Source: Chitinophagaceae bacterium
GTDB lineage: Bacteria; Bacteroidota; Bacteroidia; Chitinophagales; Chitinophagaceae
Direction: 5' to 3'
Length of the DNA: 64,000 nt
Assembly (NCBI GenBank): GCA_016720565.1
Contig: JADKKJ010000001.1
Location: 744,929-808,928 of the forward strand
The position numbers and the translations under genes are program-made. This document shows positions 1-10,498 of this stretch, piece after piece (position 1 is the stretch's first letter; every line of letters starts with the position of its first letter). The notes under the pieces were generated by a model that had not been told where the DNA came from, ran no database searches, and was given only the letters and a program-made list of their open reading frames with translations.

Positions 1-3000
1 TTCCGCAAGTATCACTCCGGTCACCTTTAATTCGAATTCATCCTTATTATACCGTTGTTTGAAATAGCCGGTAACCATCACCGTGCTACCCGGCAGAAGA
101 ACCGGGCTTAACCTCAGGTAATCTTCACTGAACAATACAAACTCCGTTTTACCGGAATAGTCTTCCAGCGTGAAATTTCCATACTTGTTTCCGCTTTTCA
201 TGGCCACGCGGTGGTTTGCTTCCGCTACCAATCCCAGCAGCCGGAATGGCCGGCCCATATTGGGTTGAAGCCGGATGGATTCCTTGAATTCATTGAATTC
301 TGCCAGCGAGGTGATACCATAATGCTTCATCTCAAATCGGTAGTGATCCAGTGGATGGCCACTCAGGAACATGCCCGTCACTTCTTTTTCTTTATCCAGC
401 TGAATGATCAGGGGCCAGGGCTCGCAGGGCAGCAGCCGGGGAGGAGGGATCTCCATGCTCATGGGAAGATCGCCAAACAGGGTATTGCTGGAATTGCTGT
501 TCTCATTGGCCATCATCTGGCCATATTTTATGATACGTTCCAATCCATTCACAGATTCACCTTCCGGCACATTAAAATACTGGGCCCGGTGAAATTCATG
601 GAAAAGATCGAAAGCCCCTGCATAGGCCAGGCTTTCCAGTGTTTTCTTATTGACCGTACGTTGGTTGATCCTACGTATAAAATCGAATATGCTGGCATAT
701 GCGCCTTTCTTTGTTCGTTCCGCGATAATGCTTTCCACCGCCGCCTCACCCACACCTTTCAAACCTCCTAATCCAAACCTTATTTCGCCTTTACTATTTA
801 CAGCAAATCCTTTCAGTGATTCATTAATATCCGGCCCGAGTACTACCAGTCCCATGCGCTTGCACTCCTCCATGAAAAAGGTGATCTTATCTATACTACC
901 TGCGTTATTCAAAACAGACGACATATACTCTGCGGGATAATGGGCCTTGAGATAAGCGGTTTGGTAGGCCACATAGGCATAACAGGTGGAATGAGATTTA
1001 TTGAAGGCATATTGCGCAAAGGCCTCCCAGTCGGTCCAGATCTTTTCCAGTTTATCTGCAGGATATGATTTTGCCGTTGCACCCGCAATGAACTGCGCCT
1101 TCATTTTATCCAGTACTGCCTTCTGCTTTTTACCCATCGCCTTCCGCAGCACATCCGCATCGCCTTTGCTGAATCCTCCTAATTGCTGGGCAAGTAACAT
1201 CACCTGTTCCTGGTATACAGTAATACCATAGGTCTCTTTCAGGTACAATTCCATTTCCGGAAGATCATAGGTGATGGCCTCGCGACCATGTTTACGATCG
1301 ATGAAGTTGGGAATATAGGCCAGTGGTCCGGGACGATAGAGTGCGTTCATCGCAATCAGGTCAGCGAATTTATCCGGCTTCAGGTCGCGCAGATATTTTT
1401 GCATGCCTACACTCTCAAACTGGAAAGTGCCAATGGTAGAACCATGCTGGTATAATTCAAAGGTCTTCTTATCATCCAGCGGGACCTTATCTATATCGAT
1501 CTCTATGCCATGGATCTGTCTGATCAGTGCAAGGGCATTCTTGATAATGGTAAGGGTCTTCAACCCCAGGAAGTCCATCTTGATAACTCCTGCTTCCTCT
1601 ATCAGGTTTCCTTCTATCTGTGTAACCCAAAGATTTGAATCCTTGGCAGTGGCTACCGGTATAAGATCTGTCAGGTCCTGTGGTGCAATGATGATGCCTG
1701 CTGCATGTATACCTGTACTGCGCACCGAACCTTCCAGCCTTTCTGCTTCATGAAGTATCCTGGAGGAAATACTATCTTTTTGGTCATATAGCTCCCTCAA
1801 TTTCTTTACACTTTCCAGTTCTTCTCCTCCCAATTGCTCTTTTTCCTCCAGTGATTTTTCCAACGGATTGCCATCCGGATCTTTTTTGGCATCCTTTGTT
1901 TTCATCGGTGCATGTAACAACCTTCTTAATTCAACACCTGGTTTCTCCGGCACCAGTTTGGCCAGCGCATTCGACTCCGGAAGGGGAAGGTCCATTACCC
2001 TAGCCACATCTTTAATGCTGCTGCGGGCTGCCATGGTACCATAAGTAATGATTTGCGCCACCTGGTTCTTTCCATATTTTTCCACCACATAATCGATCAC
2101 CTTCTGCCTTCCTTCATCATCAAAGTCTGTATCAATATCGGGCATTGATTTTCGATCGGGATTCAGGAATCTTTCAAAAAGCAGGTTGTATTTTATGGGA
2201 TCGATATTGGTGATGCCTATGCAATATGCAACCACGCTGCCGGCGGCTGATCCTCTACCGGGACCGATGAAAACGCCTTTGTCCCTGCCGGCCCTGATAA
2301 AATCACTAACAATAAGGAAATAACCTGCAAAGCCCATGGTCTTGATCGTGAACAGTTCAAATTCGATCCTTTCTTTAATTTCTTCATTGAGATCTGAATA
2401 CCTTCTTTCAGCGCCTTCATAGGTAAGGTGCTTCAGGTATTCCCACTGGTTCAATGCCTCGGCGGTTATTTTATTCTTGCCAATGGTCTCTTCTTTGGTA
2501 TGTATCTGGAATCTTTTTTCGATCGGGAAATTTGGTAGCAGGATATCACGGGTAAGTTTCAGCAGCTCCACTTTATCCACGATCTCATTGGTATTATCGA
2601 TCGCCTCCGGAAGGTCCTGGAATACCCTGCTCATTTCCTCCTGTGTTTTAAAATAAAACTGGTCATTGGGAAATGCGAAGCGTTTATTCTTTACCTGTAT
2701 ATCGTCATCCGAGAATTCACGAAGGGCGGGGGTGGCCACCTTTTCCCCGGTATTGATGCAAAGCAGGATGTCATGGGCATTGAAATCATCCTGCTCCACG
2801 TAATGGGAATCGTTACTGGCGATGATCTTCACATTGTATTTCCGGGCAAGTTTTACCAGCACTTCATTCACGCGGTCCTGCTCAGCCATACCATGGCGCT
2901 GCAGTTCCACATAATAATCTTCCTGGAAAATATTTAACCACCACTTGAATTCATTCTCTCCTTCCTCTTCTCCTTTTTTCAGGATAGCCTGTGGTACCAG

Positions 3001-3447
3001 CGCACCAAGGCAGCAGGTAGTGGCTATAAGACCTTTATGGTAACGAAGGATCAGTTCTTTATCGATCCGTGGATATTTGCTGTACATACCCTCGATAAAT
3101 CCGGCCGAGGTCAGTTTCATCAGGTTTCGGTATCCTTCCTCATTTTTTGCCAGCAGGATCTGGTGATGCCTGGGGTCTTTCTGTTCTTTGGTAAAGGTTT
3201 TCTGGGTACGATCTGCAGTAATATAGAATTCGCAGCCTACAATAGGCTTCACTTTTACTTTGCCATTCTCGTCCTTGTGTTTATAGGCCTCTGCAACAAA
3301 TTCAAAAACACCGAACATATTTCCATGATCGCTGATGGCCAGCCCGGGCATACCATCCTTAATGGCTTTTTTATAAAGATTCTGAATATTGGCGGCTCCG
3401 TCCAACAGGGAAAATTGGGTATGGACGTGCAAATGGGAAAATTTCAT
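1..3447 (-). CDS. dnaE: DNA polymerase III alpha subunit (3' end runs off the window)
   Basis: Translated by hand from ATG at 3447: MKFSHLHVHTQFSLLDGAA (PHP domain), GPGRGSAAGS, FERFLNPDRKSMPDIDTDF, AFNKSHSTCY. The frame stays open to base 1. It is absent from the ORF track because the stop lies outside the window. Confidence 0.97.
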   Translation of the reverse strand, partial: MKFSHLHVHTQFSLLDGAANIQNLYKKAIKDGMPGLAISDHGNMFGVFEFVAEAYKHKDENGKVKVKPIVGCEFYITADRTQKTFTKEQKDPRHHQILLAKNEEGYRNLMKLTSAGFIEGMYSKYPRIDKELILRYHKGLIATTCCLGALVPQAILKKGEEEGENEFKWWLNIFQEDYYVELQRHGMAEQDRVNEVLVKLARKYNVKIIASNDSHYVEQDDFNAHDILLCINTGEKVATPALREFSDDDIQVKNKRFAFPNDQFYFKTQEEMSRVFQDLPEAIDNTNEIVDKVELLKLTRDILLPNFPIEKRFQIHTKEETIGKNKITAEALNQWEYLKHLTYEGAERRYSDLNEEIKERIEFELFTIKTMGFAGYFLIVSDFIRAGRDKGVFIGPGRGSAAGSVVAYCIGITNIDPIKYNLLFERFLNPDRKSMPDIDTDFDDEGRQKVIDYVVEKYGKNQVAQIITYGTMAARSSIKDVARVMDLPLPESNALAKLVPEKPGVELRRLLHAPMKTKDAKKDPDGNPLEKSLEEKEQLGGEELESVKKLRELYDQKDSISSRILHEAERLEGSVRSTGIHAAGIIIAPQDLTDLIPVATAKDSNLWVTQIEGNLIEEAGVIKMDFLGLKTLTIIKNALALIRQIHGIEIDIDKVPLDDKKTFELYQHGSTIGTFQFESVGMQKYLRDLKPDKFADLIAMNALYRPGPLAYIPNFIDRKHGREAITYDLPEMELYLKETYGITVYQEQVMLLAQQLGGFSKGDADVLRKAMGKKQKAVLDKMKAQFIAGATAKSYPADKLEKIWTDWEAFAQYAFNKSHSTCYAYVAYQTAYLKAHYPAEYMSSVLNNAGSIDKITFFMEECKRMGLVVLGPDINESLKGFAVNSKGEIRFGLGGLKGVGEAAVESIIAERTKKGAYASIFDFIRRINQRTVNKKTLESLAYAGAFDLFHEFHRAQYFNVPEGESVNGLERIIKYGQMMANENSNSSNTLFGDLPMSMEIPPPRLLPCEPWPLIIQLDKEKEVTGMFLSGHPLDHYRFEMKHYGITSLAEFNEFKESIRLQPNMGRPFRLLGLVAEANHRVAMKSGNKYGNFTLEDYSGKTEFVLFSEDYLRLSPVLLPGSTVMVTGYFKQRYNKDEFELKVTGVILAE

Positions 3448-3452
3448 CTCTG

Positions 3453-4652
3453 CTAAAACTTTTTAAAACTGAACACACTGATCGATCCCGTACTATAACT
3501 GCAAACCCAGGCTTCCAGTTTGTTATCATCCTCATAAATATCTACGCCTACAGGGTGACCTTTGCAGGGCAAAGATGCAATTTTGGAAAAACTATCTGAA
3601 TTGATCTTATACACATCTACCATATCTCCTGAATAACAGGTCACAAAAATGAACTGGTGATTCTTTGAAAGCACGATGGTCCTGGGCTGGGAATGTGTAG
3701 GGGCAGTGAAAAGGGCCTTTCCTGTTTCCGCATCCAGGCATGCGATCGTAGCCAGGCTGTTATACGAGACAAATAAATGGCCTTTTTTGTCCATCACCAG
3801 GTGTCGGGGATTACTGCTCACATTGAGCGTAGTGTCGATTTGCCAGGTTTTATTGTTCACTACCGCTATGCTGGCTCCCCCCATGATCGCCACATAAGAT
3901 CGTTGAGTTGAATCATCCACCACAATCCCCCTTGGGATGTCTGTTACCGGAATGGTCTGCACTATGCTGCCATAGGGCGCCTTTTCCTTATCTAATGCAA
4001 GCACACTTACCGTATGGGAATGCCAGTTGCTGACCAGGAGATATTTATCATCACTGGTCCTTGAAATGACCTTTGGGGTCTTTCCAGTCTTTATCAGCGG
4101 AACAAAAAATGAATCTTTTTTAGCTGATCCGGGGTAGATCACAGTCACGGGTTTTACCGAACCTTCGCTTTTTATATTTTTTGCCAGCGAATCCACCCAG
4201 ATCGGTACGATCCCGTCCGCATTGTGCAGCGAAACCCAGAGTAATTTATCATCAAAGCTCAGGCAGGCCTCCACAGGCTTTTCCTGGAAGGAGGGAATGG
4301 GTTTGCTCTTTGCATAATCCCAGCCTGTTCCTTTAGTGGGATGAAAACGGAATTCTTTTTCAATTTTTTTGGAGACCTGGTCAAATTCATACACACTCAT
4401 TCCTTCCAGGTTCATTGCATATAATTTGGTGCCCCTGGAATTGAATAACACCGATTTGGTGCCGGGTGCCGATGAAAGCAGGGTGGTAGCCTCATAGGTT
4501 AAACTATCGTAAGGTCTGGGAAGTGCCGGAAGGCTATCTTTTTCCGTTGTTATTTGTATGATCGTATCTAATGAAGCGGCCCTTTCACTGGCCGCATTCT
4601 GGCAGGAACTGGCCACTACCAGCAGGATAACATACAGGGGGATGAAGGTCAT
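3453..4652 (-). CDS. YncE/YVTN-type beta-propeller lipoprotein
   Basis: Signal ending VASSC. Repeated blade motifs such as IKTGKTPKVI..DDKYLLVSNWHSHTVSVL, IPVTDIPRGIVV and PTHSQPRTIVLS. Confidence 0.75.
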   Translation of the reverse strand: MTFIPLYVILLVVASSCQNAASERAASLDTIIQITTEKDSLPALPRPYDSLTYEATTLLSSAPGTKSVLFNSRGTKLYAMNLEGMSVYEFDQVSKKIEKEFRFHPTKGTGWDYAKSKPIPSFQEKPVEACLSFDDKLLWVSLHNADGIVPIWVDSLAKNIKSEGSVKPVTVIYPGSAKKDSFFVPLIKTGKTPKVISRTSDDKYLLVSNWHSHTVSVLALDKEKAPYGSIVQTIPVTDIPRGIVVDDSTQRSYVAIMGGASIAVVNNKTWQIDTTLNVSSNPRHLVMDKKGHLFVSYNSLATIACLDAETGKALFTAPTHSQPRTIVLSKNHQFIFVTCYSGDMVDVYKINSDSFSKIASLPCKGHPVGVDIYEDDNKLEAWVCSYSTGSISVFSFKKF

Positions 4653-4835
4653 AACTTAAAAGAATGTAATGATATTAAAAAAATGAAACGCAATCTAATT
4701 TGTTTATGCATTGAAAATCAACCATTTGAGAAGGGGCAATTTTGTCGGCTATCCCTCGTTCTTATGAGGGCAAATTGACCAGAAAATAGTAACTTTACCG
4801 AGTCCCAAAATTTATTTCCTATTTGAATACAAGTA

Positions 4836-5588
4836 ATGGTTAAGCAGATCCTGACAGTAATTGGCATCACCACGGTTTTCAGTAGTTGTACTGTATTCAA
4901 ATCGCTGGTACCACAAAACAGCAACCAGCTGCCTGTCTCTGCGGCCACCACTACCACTGTTGTTCCCAATAAATTTATAGAGAATATTTCTGTTACGGCC
5001 GACCTTCCCCCTAAACAAGGCAATATAAAGCAGGATATACCGGTTCCACCGGCCAGGAAAGGCCCTTCTCCAACTATTAAGGAAGAAGTAGTTCCTGTTC
5101 AAACCATGCTCGAACGTTTTAATCCCTCCAGCATTGAAGCGGCAAATTCTTTACAGTTTAAGTACGCAATATTGATGAATACAGAAGTGGAAACGCTTCC
5201 CAATAAAGCATTACTGGAAGGGGTTGACAATTGGTACGGTGTGCGCTACCGTTCCGGTGGCAACGACCACAAAGGCATTGATTGTTCCGGATTCACTGTT
5301 GCTGTGTATGCAGCCGTTTACAGTATAACACTTCCACGGGTTTCAAGAGATCAATATCAGACTGCCCGAAAAATATCCACTACTGAACTTCAGGAAGGAG
5401 ACCTGGTTTTCTTCAATACAAGAGGAAGGGGCGTAAGCCATGTAGGTATCTACCTGGGAAATAATTATTTCATACATGCATCTGTATCGAAAGGCGTAAT
5501 GGTCAGCAGCCTTTTTGAGCCTTATTATCTTCAGCGTTTTGTAGGAGCAGGTCGTATTGAGAAAAAAGAACTGGCCTCCGCTAATTAG
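4836..5588 (+). CDS. NlpC/P60 (C40) cell-wall peptidase lipoprotein
   Basis: Lipobox FSSC; catalytic motifs GIDCSGF, HVGIYLG and FIHAS (Cys-His-His). Confidence 0.92.
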   Translation: MVKQILTVIGITTVFSSCTVFKSLVPQNSNQLPVSAATTTTVVPNKFIENISVTADLPPKQGNIKQDIPVPPARKGPSPTIKEEVVPVQTMLERFNPSSIEAANSLQFKYAILMNTEVETLPNKALLEGVDNWYGVRYRSGGNDHKGIDCSGFTVAVYAAVYSITLPRVSRDQYQTARKISTTELQEGDLVFFNTRGRGVSHVGIYLGNNYFIHASVSKGVMVSSLFEPYYLQRFVGAGRIEKKELASAN

Positions 5589-7080
5589 ATCTCCATTTAT
5601 TCCGGATCGTTTGCCATACCGGAGCTATATCCGGCGTCAGTTTCAGATAGATCACTCCTATTCCAAATAATAGCATAAATCCAAGGCTACGTAATACTAT
5701 ACCGGAAAAACCATGTATTTCTTTGAAGGCAAAATAGCAAACTATATACACTGCTGCGGCCAGGATCAGGGTATAAAGCGATTGCCAGCTCAGGGGGAAT
5801 AACCGGAATTTTTTCCAGAGAAATGCAGTGCGTAAAATATTATAGATCGTAATAGAAACAATACTGCCGATCGCCGGACCAATCAATCCATAGTTCTTTG
5901 TAAGTATATAGGTGAGCGGAAGCATGATCGAGATCAGCACCACTCCGCTGATCAGCTCAAATTTCCAGAAAGTGGAAGTAGCGATGATCTGCGCATTTAC
6001 CCCGGTACCCATATCGATGATCTTTGTCAATCCCAGTAAAAAGAATATATCCGCCGCTTCCAGATAGGCCGGTTTGATATTGAAACTAAGGATCCCATCC
6101 CTGAAATTCATCCAGATCAACAGGAAGATGGCGCAGGCAAAGATCAGCTGGTTAATAGAAGACCGCTGGTAGATCTTTTGTATCAAAGGAATATTCTTGT
6201 CTTTCCAGGCTTTTGATAAATGGGCAATGGATGAAGCGATGATGCCTCTTTGCGGCGCCTGTATAATAGCGGTCATGATGGTAGCCAGGCCATAGATACC
6301 CGCCTTGGCCGATCCATCTTTCAGCATGGAAGCGATCACGATGGTATCAAATACCTGTGAAATGGTAAACACCAGCGAACCTGTATATACAAAACTGCAG
6401 AGAGCCAGGATCTTTCCGAAATACCGGCGGGTGACCTTACTTATAGAAAAATGAAAATGAAGGTCTTTTTTCCACCAGAGATAGACCAGTAACCCTATGG
6501 CAATGCCGGGATAGGTAAAAGCGAAAAGTTTTATGAACAGGTCAAAATCTTTTACTACGCCAGACAGGTAGAGTACAATGAGTATGGTAGTGAATAATCG
6601 CCACTGTACTTCCCTGAAGAAATTAGTGATCACTGATCGGTGCAGGCTCCAGGCAAACGCTTCCAGGATCGTGTAGGTAGTAAGGCCCAGCCCTAATGGA
6701 AAGATCCAATAATAATAGGTGACCAGCTGCGGACTGTTCGTGCCAAATTTTTTGATCACCAGGTGTTTCATAGCCATTCCTGCACCCATTACCAGCAGGA
6801 AACCGATAAAACTGACCAGCAGGGCCCAGCTGATCATGTCATTTTTCTTTGGAGGAAGGTGCTCATTATAATAAGGATGGAATTTAAAAATATAAGAGGG
6901 CATGGCCATGGCCGCAACTGCCGACATCATGGTGGCTATGGCAATGAAAATAGTTACCAGGCCGTATTCTTCCTCACTGAAATAACCCTGCCTGGTAAAA
7001 ATATAGGTATTGAGCAGGCCCACTGCAAATCCTGAATAGATCACCAGGGACGAAATAATACTTTGCCTTCTTATATTCAT
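5581..7080 (-). CDS. Oligosaccharide flippase family (MOP/Wzx-like) membrane protein
   Basis: 499 aa, about 12-14 hydrophobic segments; N-terminus IRRQSIISSLVIYSGFAVG..EEYGL resembles polysaccharide biosynthesis exporters. Confidence 0.8.
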   Translation of the reverse strand: MNIRRQSIISSLVIYSGFAVGLLNTYIFTRQGYFSEEEYGLVTIFIAIATMMSAVAAMAMPSYIFKFHPYYNEHLPPKKNDMISWALLVSFIGFLLVMGAGMAMKHLVIKKFGTNSPQLVTYYYWIFPLGLGLTTYTILEAFAWSLHRSVITNFFREVQWRLFTTILIVLYLSGVVKDFDLFIKLFAFTYPGIAIGLLVYLWWKKDLHFHFSISKVTRRYFGKILALCSFVYTGSLVFTISQVFDTIVIASMLKDGSAKAGIYGLATIMTAIIQAPQRGIIASSIAHLSKAWKDKNIPLIQKIYQRSSINQLIFACAIFLLIWMNFRDGILSFNIKPAYLEAADIFFLLGLTKIIDMGTGVNAQIIATSTFWKFELISGVVLISIMLPLTYILTKNYGLIGPAIGSIVSITIYNILRTAFLWKKFRLFPLSWQSLYTLILAAAVYIVCYFAFKEIHGFSGIVLRSLGFMLLFGIGVIYLKLTPDIAPVWQTIRNKWRSN

Positions 7081-7112
7081 TGGTGGGTTGCAGTTAGTGA
7101 TCCTTCCATTGA

Positions 7113-8810
7113 TCAGGATTTCTTCAGGTAAACATAAAAATTCCTGTCGGCCACAATTCCTTTTTCTTTCTGGTCAGCGCCCAGTTTTTCTTCTTTCCAG
7201 GTTTCGGTAGGATAGATCCAGTTGCCATTACTGAGTTTCAGCGGCATATTGAATCCCGGCACTACATTGATCCATCGGTAAGAATACATATCCCCATTCA
7301 GTTTGAATTCAAGGGTAGGGATCTTAACTGTGCGCAGGTATTGGTCAAATATCTTTGAAAGATCATTGCCCGATTGTTTGCTCACATATTCCTCCAGGTC
7401 GGCGGAACTGATGGTTTTATGATAAAATTCTTTGTTCAGTCCTCGGTAGATAGCCCGGAACAATGAATCATTGTTGATCACCTGGCGGATCGTATGCACC
7501 ATATTCGCCCCTTTGTTATACATATCACCGCTGCCTTCTTTATTTACGCCATAAGGACCTATTAGCGGGATATCATTGGAGATATTATTTCGAATGCCCT
7601 TTACATAGTCATCCGCCGCTTTTTTGCCATAATAATATTCAATGAACAATGCCTCCGAATACATGGTATTGCCTTCATGTACCCACATATCGGCAATATC
7701 TTTGGTAGTAATATTATTCCCGAACCATTCATGCCCGCTCTCATGTATAATGATATAATCCCATTTCAAACCCCAGCCGGTTCCTGAAAGGTCCATACCC
7801 AGGTATCCATCTTTATAATGGTTGCCATAGGCCGTAGCGCTCTGGTGTTCCATACCGAGGTGGGAAGACTCCACCAGTTTATAATCATCCTCATAAAAAG
7901 GGTAAGGGCCAAACCAGTATTCAAAGGCCCTTAGCATGGGTTTTACATCTCTTCCGAATTGTTTTTTGGCTTTTTCAAGATTATAATCCAGCACCCAGTA
8001 ATTAAGATCCAGTTTACCTTTTTCTCCCATCAGGGTATCGCTGAAGTTTACGTATTTACCTATATAAGGGATGATATCATAATTATTGATAGGGTTCTTT
8101 ACCTCCCAGGTATAATCAATTGTTCCATCTTTGTTCTGCACCTTTGATTTCAATCTGCCATTGCCTACTGCAACCAGGGTATCAGGTACCTTGATCTTAA
8201 GGGTAGCACCCAGGTCCGGCTCATCGCTCTGGTGGTCTTTACAAGGATACCATACGCTGGCGCCTAATCCCTGGCAGGCGGCCGTCATCCATGGCCTTCC
8301 TTTATCATCTTTTTTCCAGATCCATCCGCCATCCCAGGGCGGGTTAATGGCTTCACGAGGTTTGCCTTTAAAATAAATGGTAATACTATACAGTGGTAAG
8401 GCTTTCTCTTTTTTGGCGAATGTCTTTGCCGCATTGAATTTGAAATTTCCAAAATCAATATGATACACATTCCCTTCCCGGATATAACTGGTGAGTTTCT
8501 TATTATTGAAAATAATATGATCGATCTCCATGGGCTGCTGCAGGTCGATCTGCATTTTCTTATTGGCGCCATCCTGGTTTATGTCAAATTCTATGCGATC
8601 ATACCCTTTGATGGTCTTTGATGTAAAATCGGGTTCTACATAGATATTATAACTGGCCACATCCCACCAGGCTCTTTCAGCATTAATGCTTCCCCGCAGG
8701 GTATCCTGCCGGTCCATGCCTTTCTTCTTATTTAAAGGCTGCCCTTCACAGTGGGTATAAAATAAGCCAGCGACTGCCAGAAACAGGGTTGAATAAAGGA
8801 TCCTTGCCAT
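7113..8810 (-). CDS. M1 family zinc aminopeptidase, secreted
   Basis: Signal peptide; GMEHQ (GAMEN-like), HESGHEWFGN (HExxH) and downstream WVHEG glutamate. Confidence 0.92.
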   Translation of the reverse strand: MARILYSTLFLAVAGLFYTHCEGQPLNKKKGMDRQDTLRGSINAERAWWDVASYNIYVEPDFTSKTIKGYDRIEFDINQDGANKKMQIDLQQPMEIDHIIFNNKKLTSYIREGNVYHIDFGNFKFNAAKTFAKKEKALPLYSITIYFKGKPREAINPPWDGGWIWKKDDKGRPWMTAACQGLGASVWYPCKDHQSDEPDLGATLKIKVPDTLVAVGNGRLKSKVQNKDGTIDYTWEVKNPINNYDIIPYIGKYVNFSDTLMGEKGKLDLNYWVLDYNLEKAKKQFGRDVKPMLRAFEYWFGPYPFYEDDYKLVESSHLGMEHQSATAYGNHYKDGYLGMDLSGTGWGLKWDYIIIHESGHEWFGNNITTKDIADMWVHEGNTMYSEALFIEYYYGKKAADDYVKGIRNNISNDIPLIGPYGVNKEGSGDMYNKGANMVHTIRQVINNDSLFRAIYRGLNKEFYHKTISSADLEEYVSKQSGNDLSKIFDQYLRTVKIPTLEFKLNGDMYSYRWINVVPGFNMPLKLSNGNWIYPTETWKEEKLGADQKEKGIVADRNFYVYLKKS

Positions 8811-8839
8811 ACTTAGAATTGATAATGTAAATTTAAGGC

Positions 8840-10486
8840 TTGATAGATAAGATGAGCTATAAATCTGCCTTCATAAACCGCCTCGTTATTTTATTGCTAA
8901 TTCCGGTGTTGTTTTCCTGTTATAACCGGAAGGGCCGGGAGAAAAATATATTTCATTACAATGAATACAATGGCATTTCCTCGCTGGACCCGGCCTTTGC
9001 CAAAAGCCTGTCAGTGATGTGGTCGGCCCACCAGTTGTTCAATACCCTGGTGGAGACCGACGACAGCCTTCATATTGTGCCTTCTCTGGCCAAAACCTGG
9101 GATATATCTGAAGATCGGAGCCTCTTCATTTTCCATCTTCGTAACGATGTATATTTTCACGATGACCCCTGTTTCCCCAATGGAAAGGGTCGTAAAATGA
9201 TTGCCTCCGACCTGGTCTATAGTTTTGCAAGGATACTTGATAAAGTACTGGCCAGTCCCGGTGCATGGATATTCAACCATAAGGTGGATAGCCTGCTTCC
9301 TTTCCTGGCCATTGACGACAGCACTTTCCAACTAAGACTGCAAAGACCTTATCATCCTATTTTGGGTATACTTTCCATGCAATATTGCTCGGTGGTTCCC
9401 CGGGAGGCTGTTGAAAAATACGGGAAGGATTTCAGGCGACACCCTGTAGGCACAGGACCTTTTGCCTTTGTAGATTGGGAAGAAGGCCAGGCCCTCATCC
9501 TTAAAAAAAACCCGAATTATTTTGAATTTGATGAAAAGGGAAAACGCTTGCCTTATCTGGAGGGGATCAATGTTTCCTTTTATGACAGCAAAGCCACCGA
9601 GTTCCTGCTTTTCCGCCAGAAACAACTGGAATTCATCAATGATATTGAAGCTTCTTTTAAGGATAAGATACTGACCAAGGCAGGAGCCCTTCGCAAAGAA
9701 TGGGAGACTAAGATCGTTTTACAAACAAGCCCTTACCTGAACATTGAGTACCTGGGAATACTGGTAGATGAAAACAATGAACTTGTACGCGATTCCCCCA
9801 TGCGCATCAAAAAGATCAGGCAGGCTATCAATTATGGGTTCGATCGCCGGAAAATGGTACTGTACCTTAGAAATTCTATGGGCACTCCTGCAGAATCGGG
9901 GTTTGTACCACTGGGGCTTCCCAGCTTTGATACAACCAGGGTAAAGGGTTACCATTATGATCCTTTTCGCACCCGGCAATTGCTGGAAGAAGCGGGATAT
10001 CCGGGAGGAAAAGGTCTTCCTGTGATCAAATTGCTGACCATTGCGATCTATGCTGATATGGCGAATTTCATTGCAAAACAGCTGGAAGAATCAGGCATAC
10101 CCGTTCAGGTGGAAGTAGTGCAGAAATCATTATTGCTTACCATGACATCTTCTTCAACAGCCGCATTTTTCAGAGGTTCATGGATCGCAGATTATCCGGA
10201 TGCAGAGAATTATCTATCTGTTTTTTATTCCAAAAACCCGGCCCCGCCCAATTATACCCGGTATAAAAACCCGGCATTCGATGAGGTATTTGAAAAAGCG
10301 TTGAGGGAGACCAATGATAGTCTTCGCTATGAATTATACAGGAAGGCAGACCAGATCATGATAGACGATGCGCCGGTGGTACCGCTGTGGTATGATAAAG
10401 TGGTTAGACTGTTACAACCTAATGTGATCAATTTTCCACCCAATGCGGTTAACCTGCTGGAACTGCGACGTACTATTATTCAATAA
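8840..10486 (+). CDS. ABC transporter substrate-binding lipoprotein, family 5 (peptide/nickel type)
   Basis: Lipobox LFSC; SSLDPAFA, PSLAKTWDIS, FHLRNDVYFHDD, PVGTGPF. The start may be ATG at 8852. Confidence 0.88.
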   Translation: MIDKMSYKSAFINRLVILLLIPVLFSCYNRKGREKNIFHYNEYNGISSLDPAFAKSLSVMWSAHQLFNTLVETDDSLHIVPSLAKTWDISEDRSLFIFHLRNDVYFHDDPCFPNGKGRKMIASDLVYSFARILDKVLASPGAWIFNHKVDSLLPFLAIDDSTFQLRLQRPYHPILGILSMQYCSVVPREAVEKYGKDFRRHPVGTGPFAFVDWEEGQALILKKNPNYFEFDEKGKRLPYLEGINVSFYDSKATEFLLFRQKQLEFINDIEASFKDKILTKAGALRKEWETKIVLQTSPYLNIEYLGILVDENNELVRDSPMRIKKIRQAINYGFDRRKMVLYLRNSMGTPAESGFVPLGLPSFDTTRVKGYHYDPFRTRQLLEEAGYPGGKGLPVIKLLTIAIYADMANFIAKQLEESGIPVQVEVVQKSLLLTMTSSSTAAFFRGSWIADYPDAENYLSVFYSKNPAPPNYTRYKNPAFDEVFEKALRETNDSLRYELYRKADQIMIDDAPVVPLWYDKVVRLLQPNVINFPPNAVNLLELRRTIIQ

Positions 10487-10498
10487 TGCATTGAAGCC

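Noticed and set aside
1-3447. Intein or other insertion in dnaE
   Set aside because: The hand translation is continuous DnaE with only a short charged loop (MKTKDAKKDPDGNP); no Cys/Ser..His-Asn splice junctions or homing endonuclease motifs were seen.
211-3456. Plus-strand ORFs opposite dnaE, and similar antisense or alternate-frame ORFs across the window (for example 24259-24894, 41106-41535, 49257-49727)
   Set aside because: They are shadows fully overlapping well-supported genes and show no recognisable motifs.
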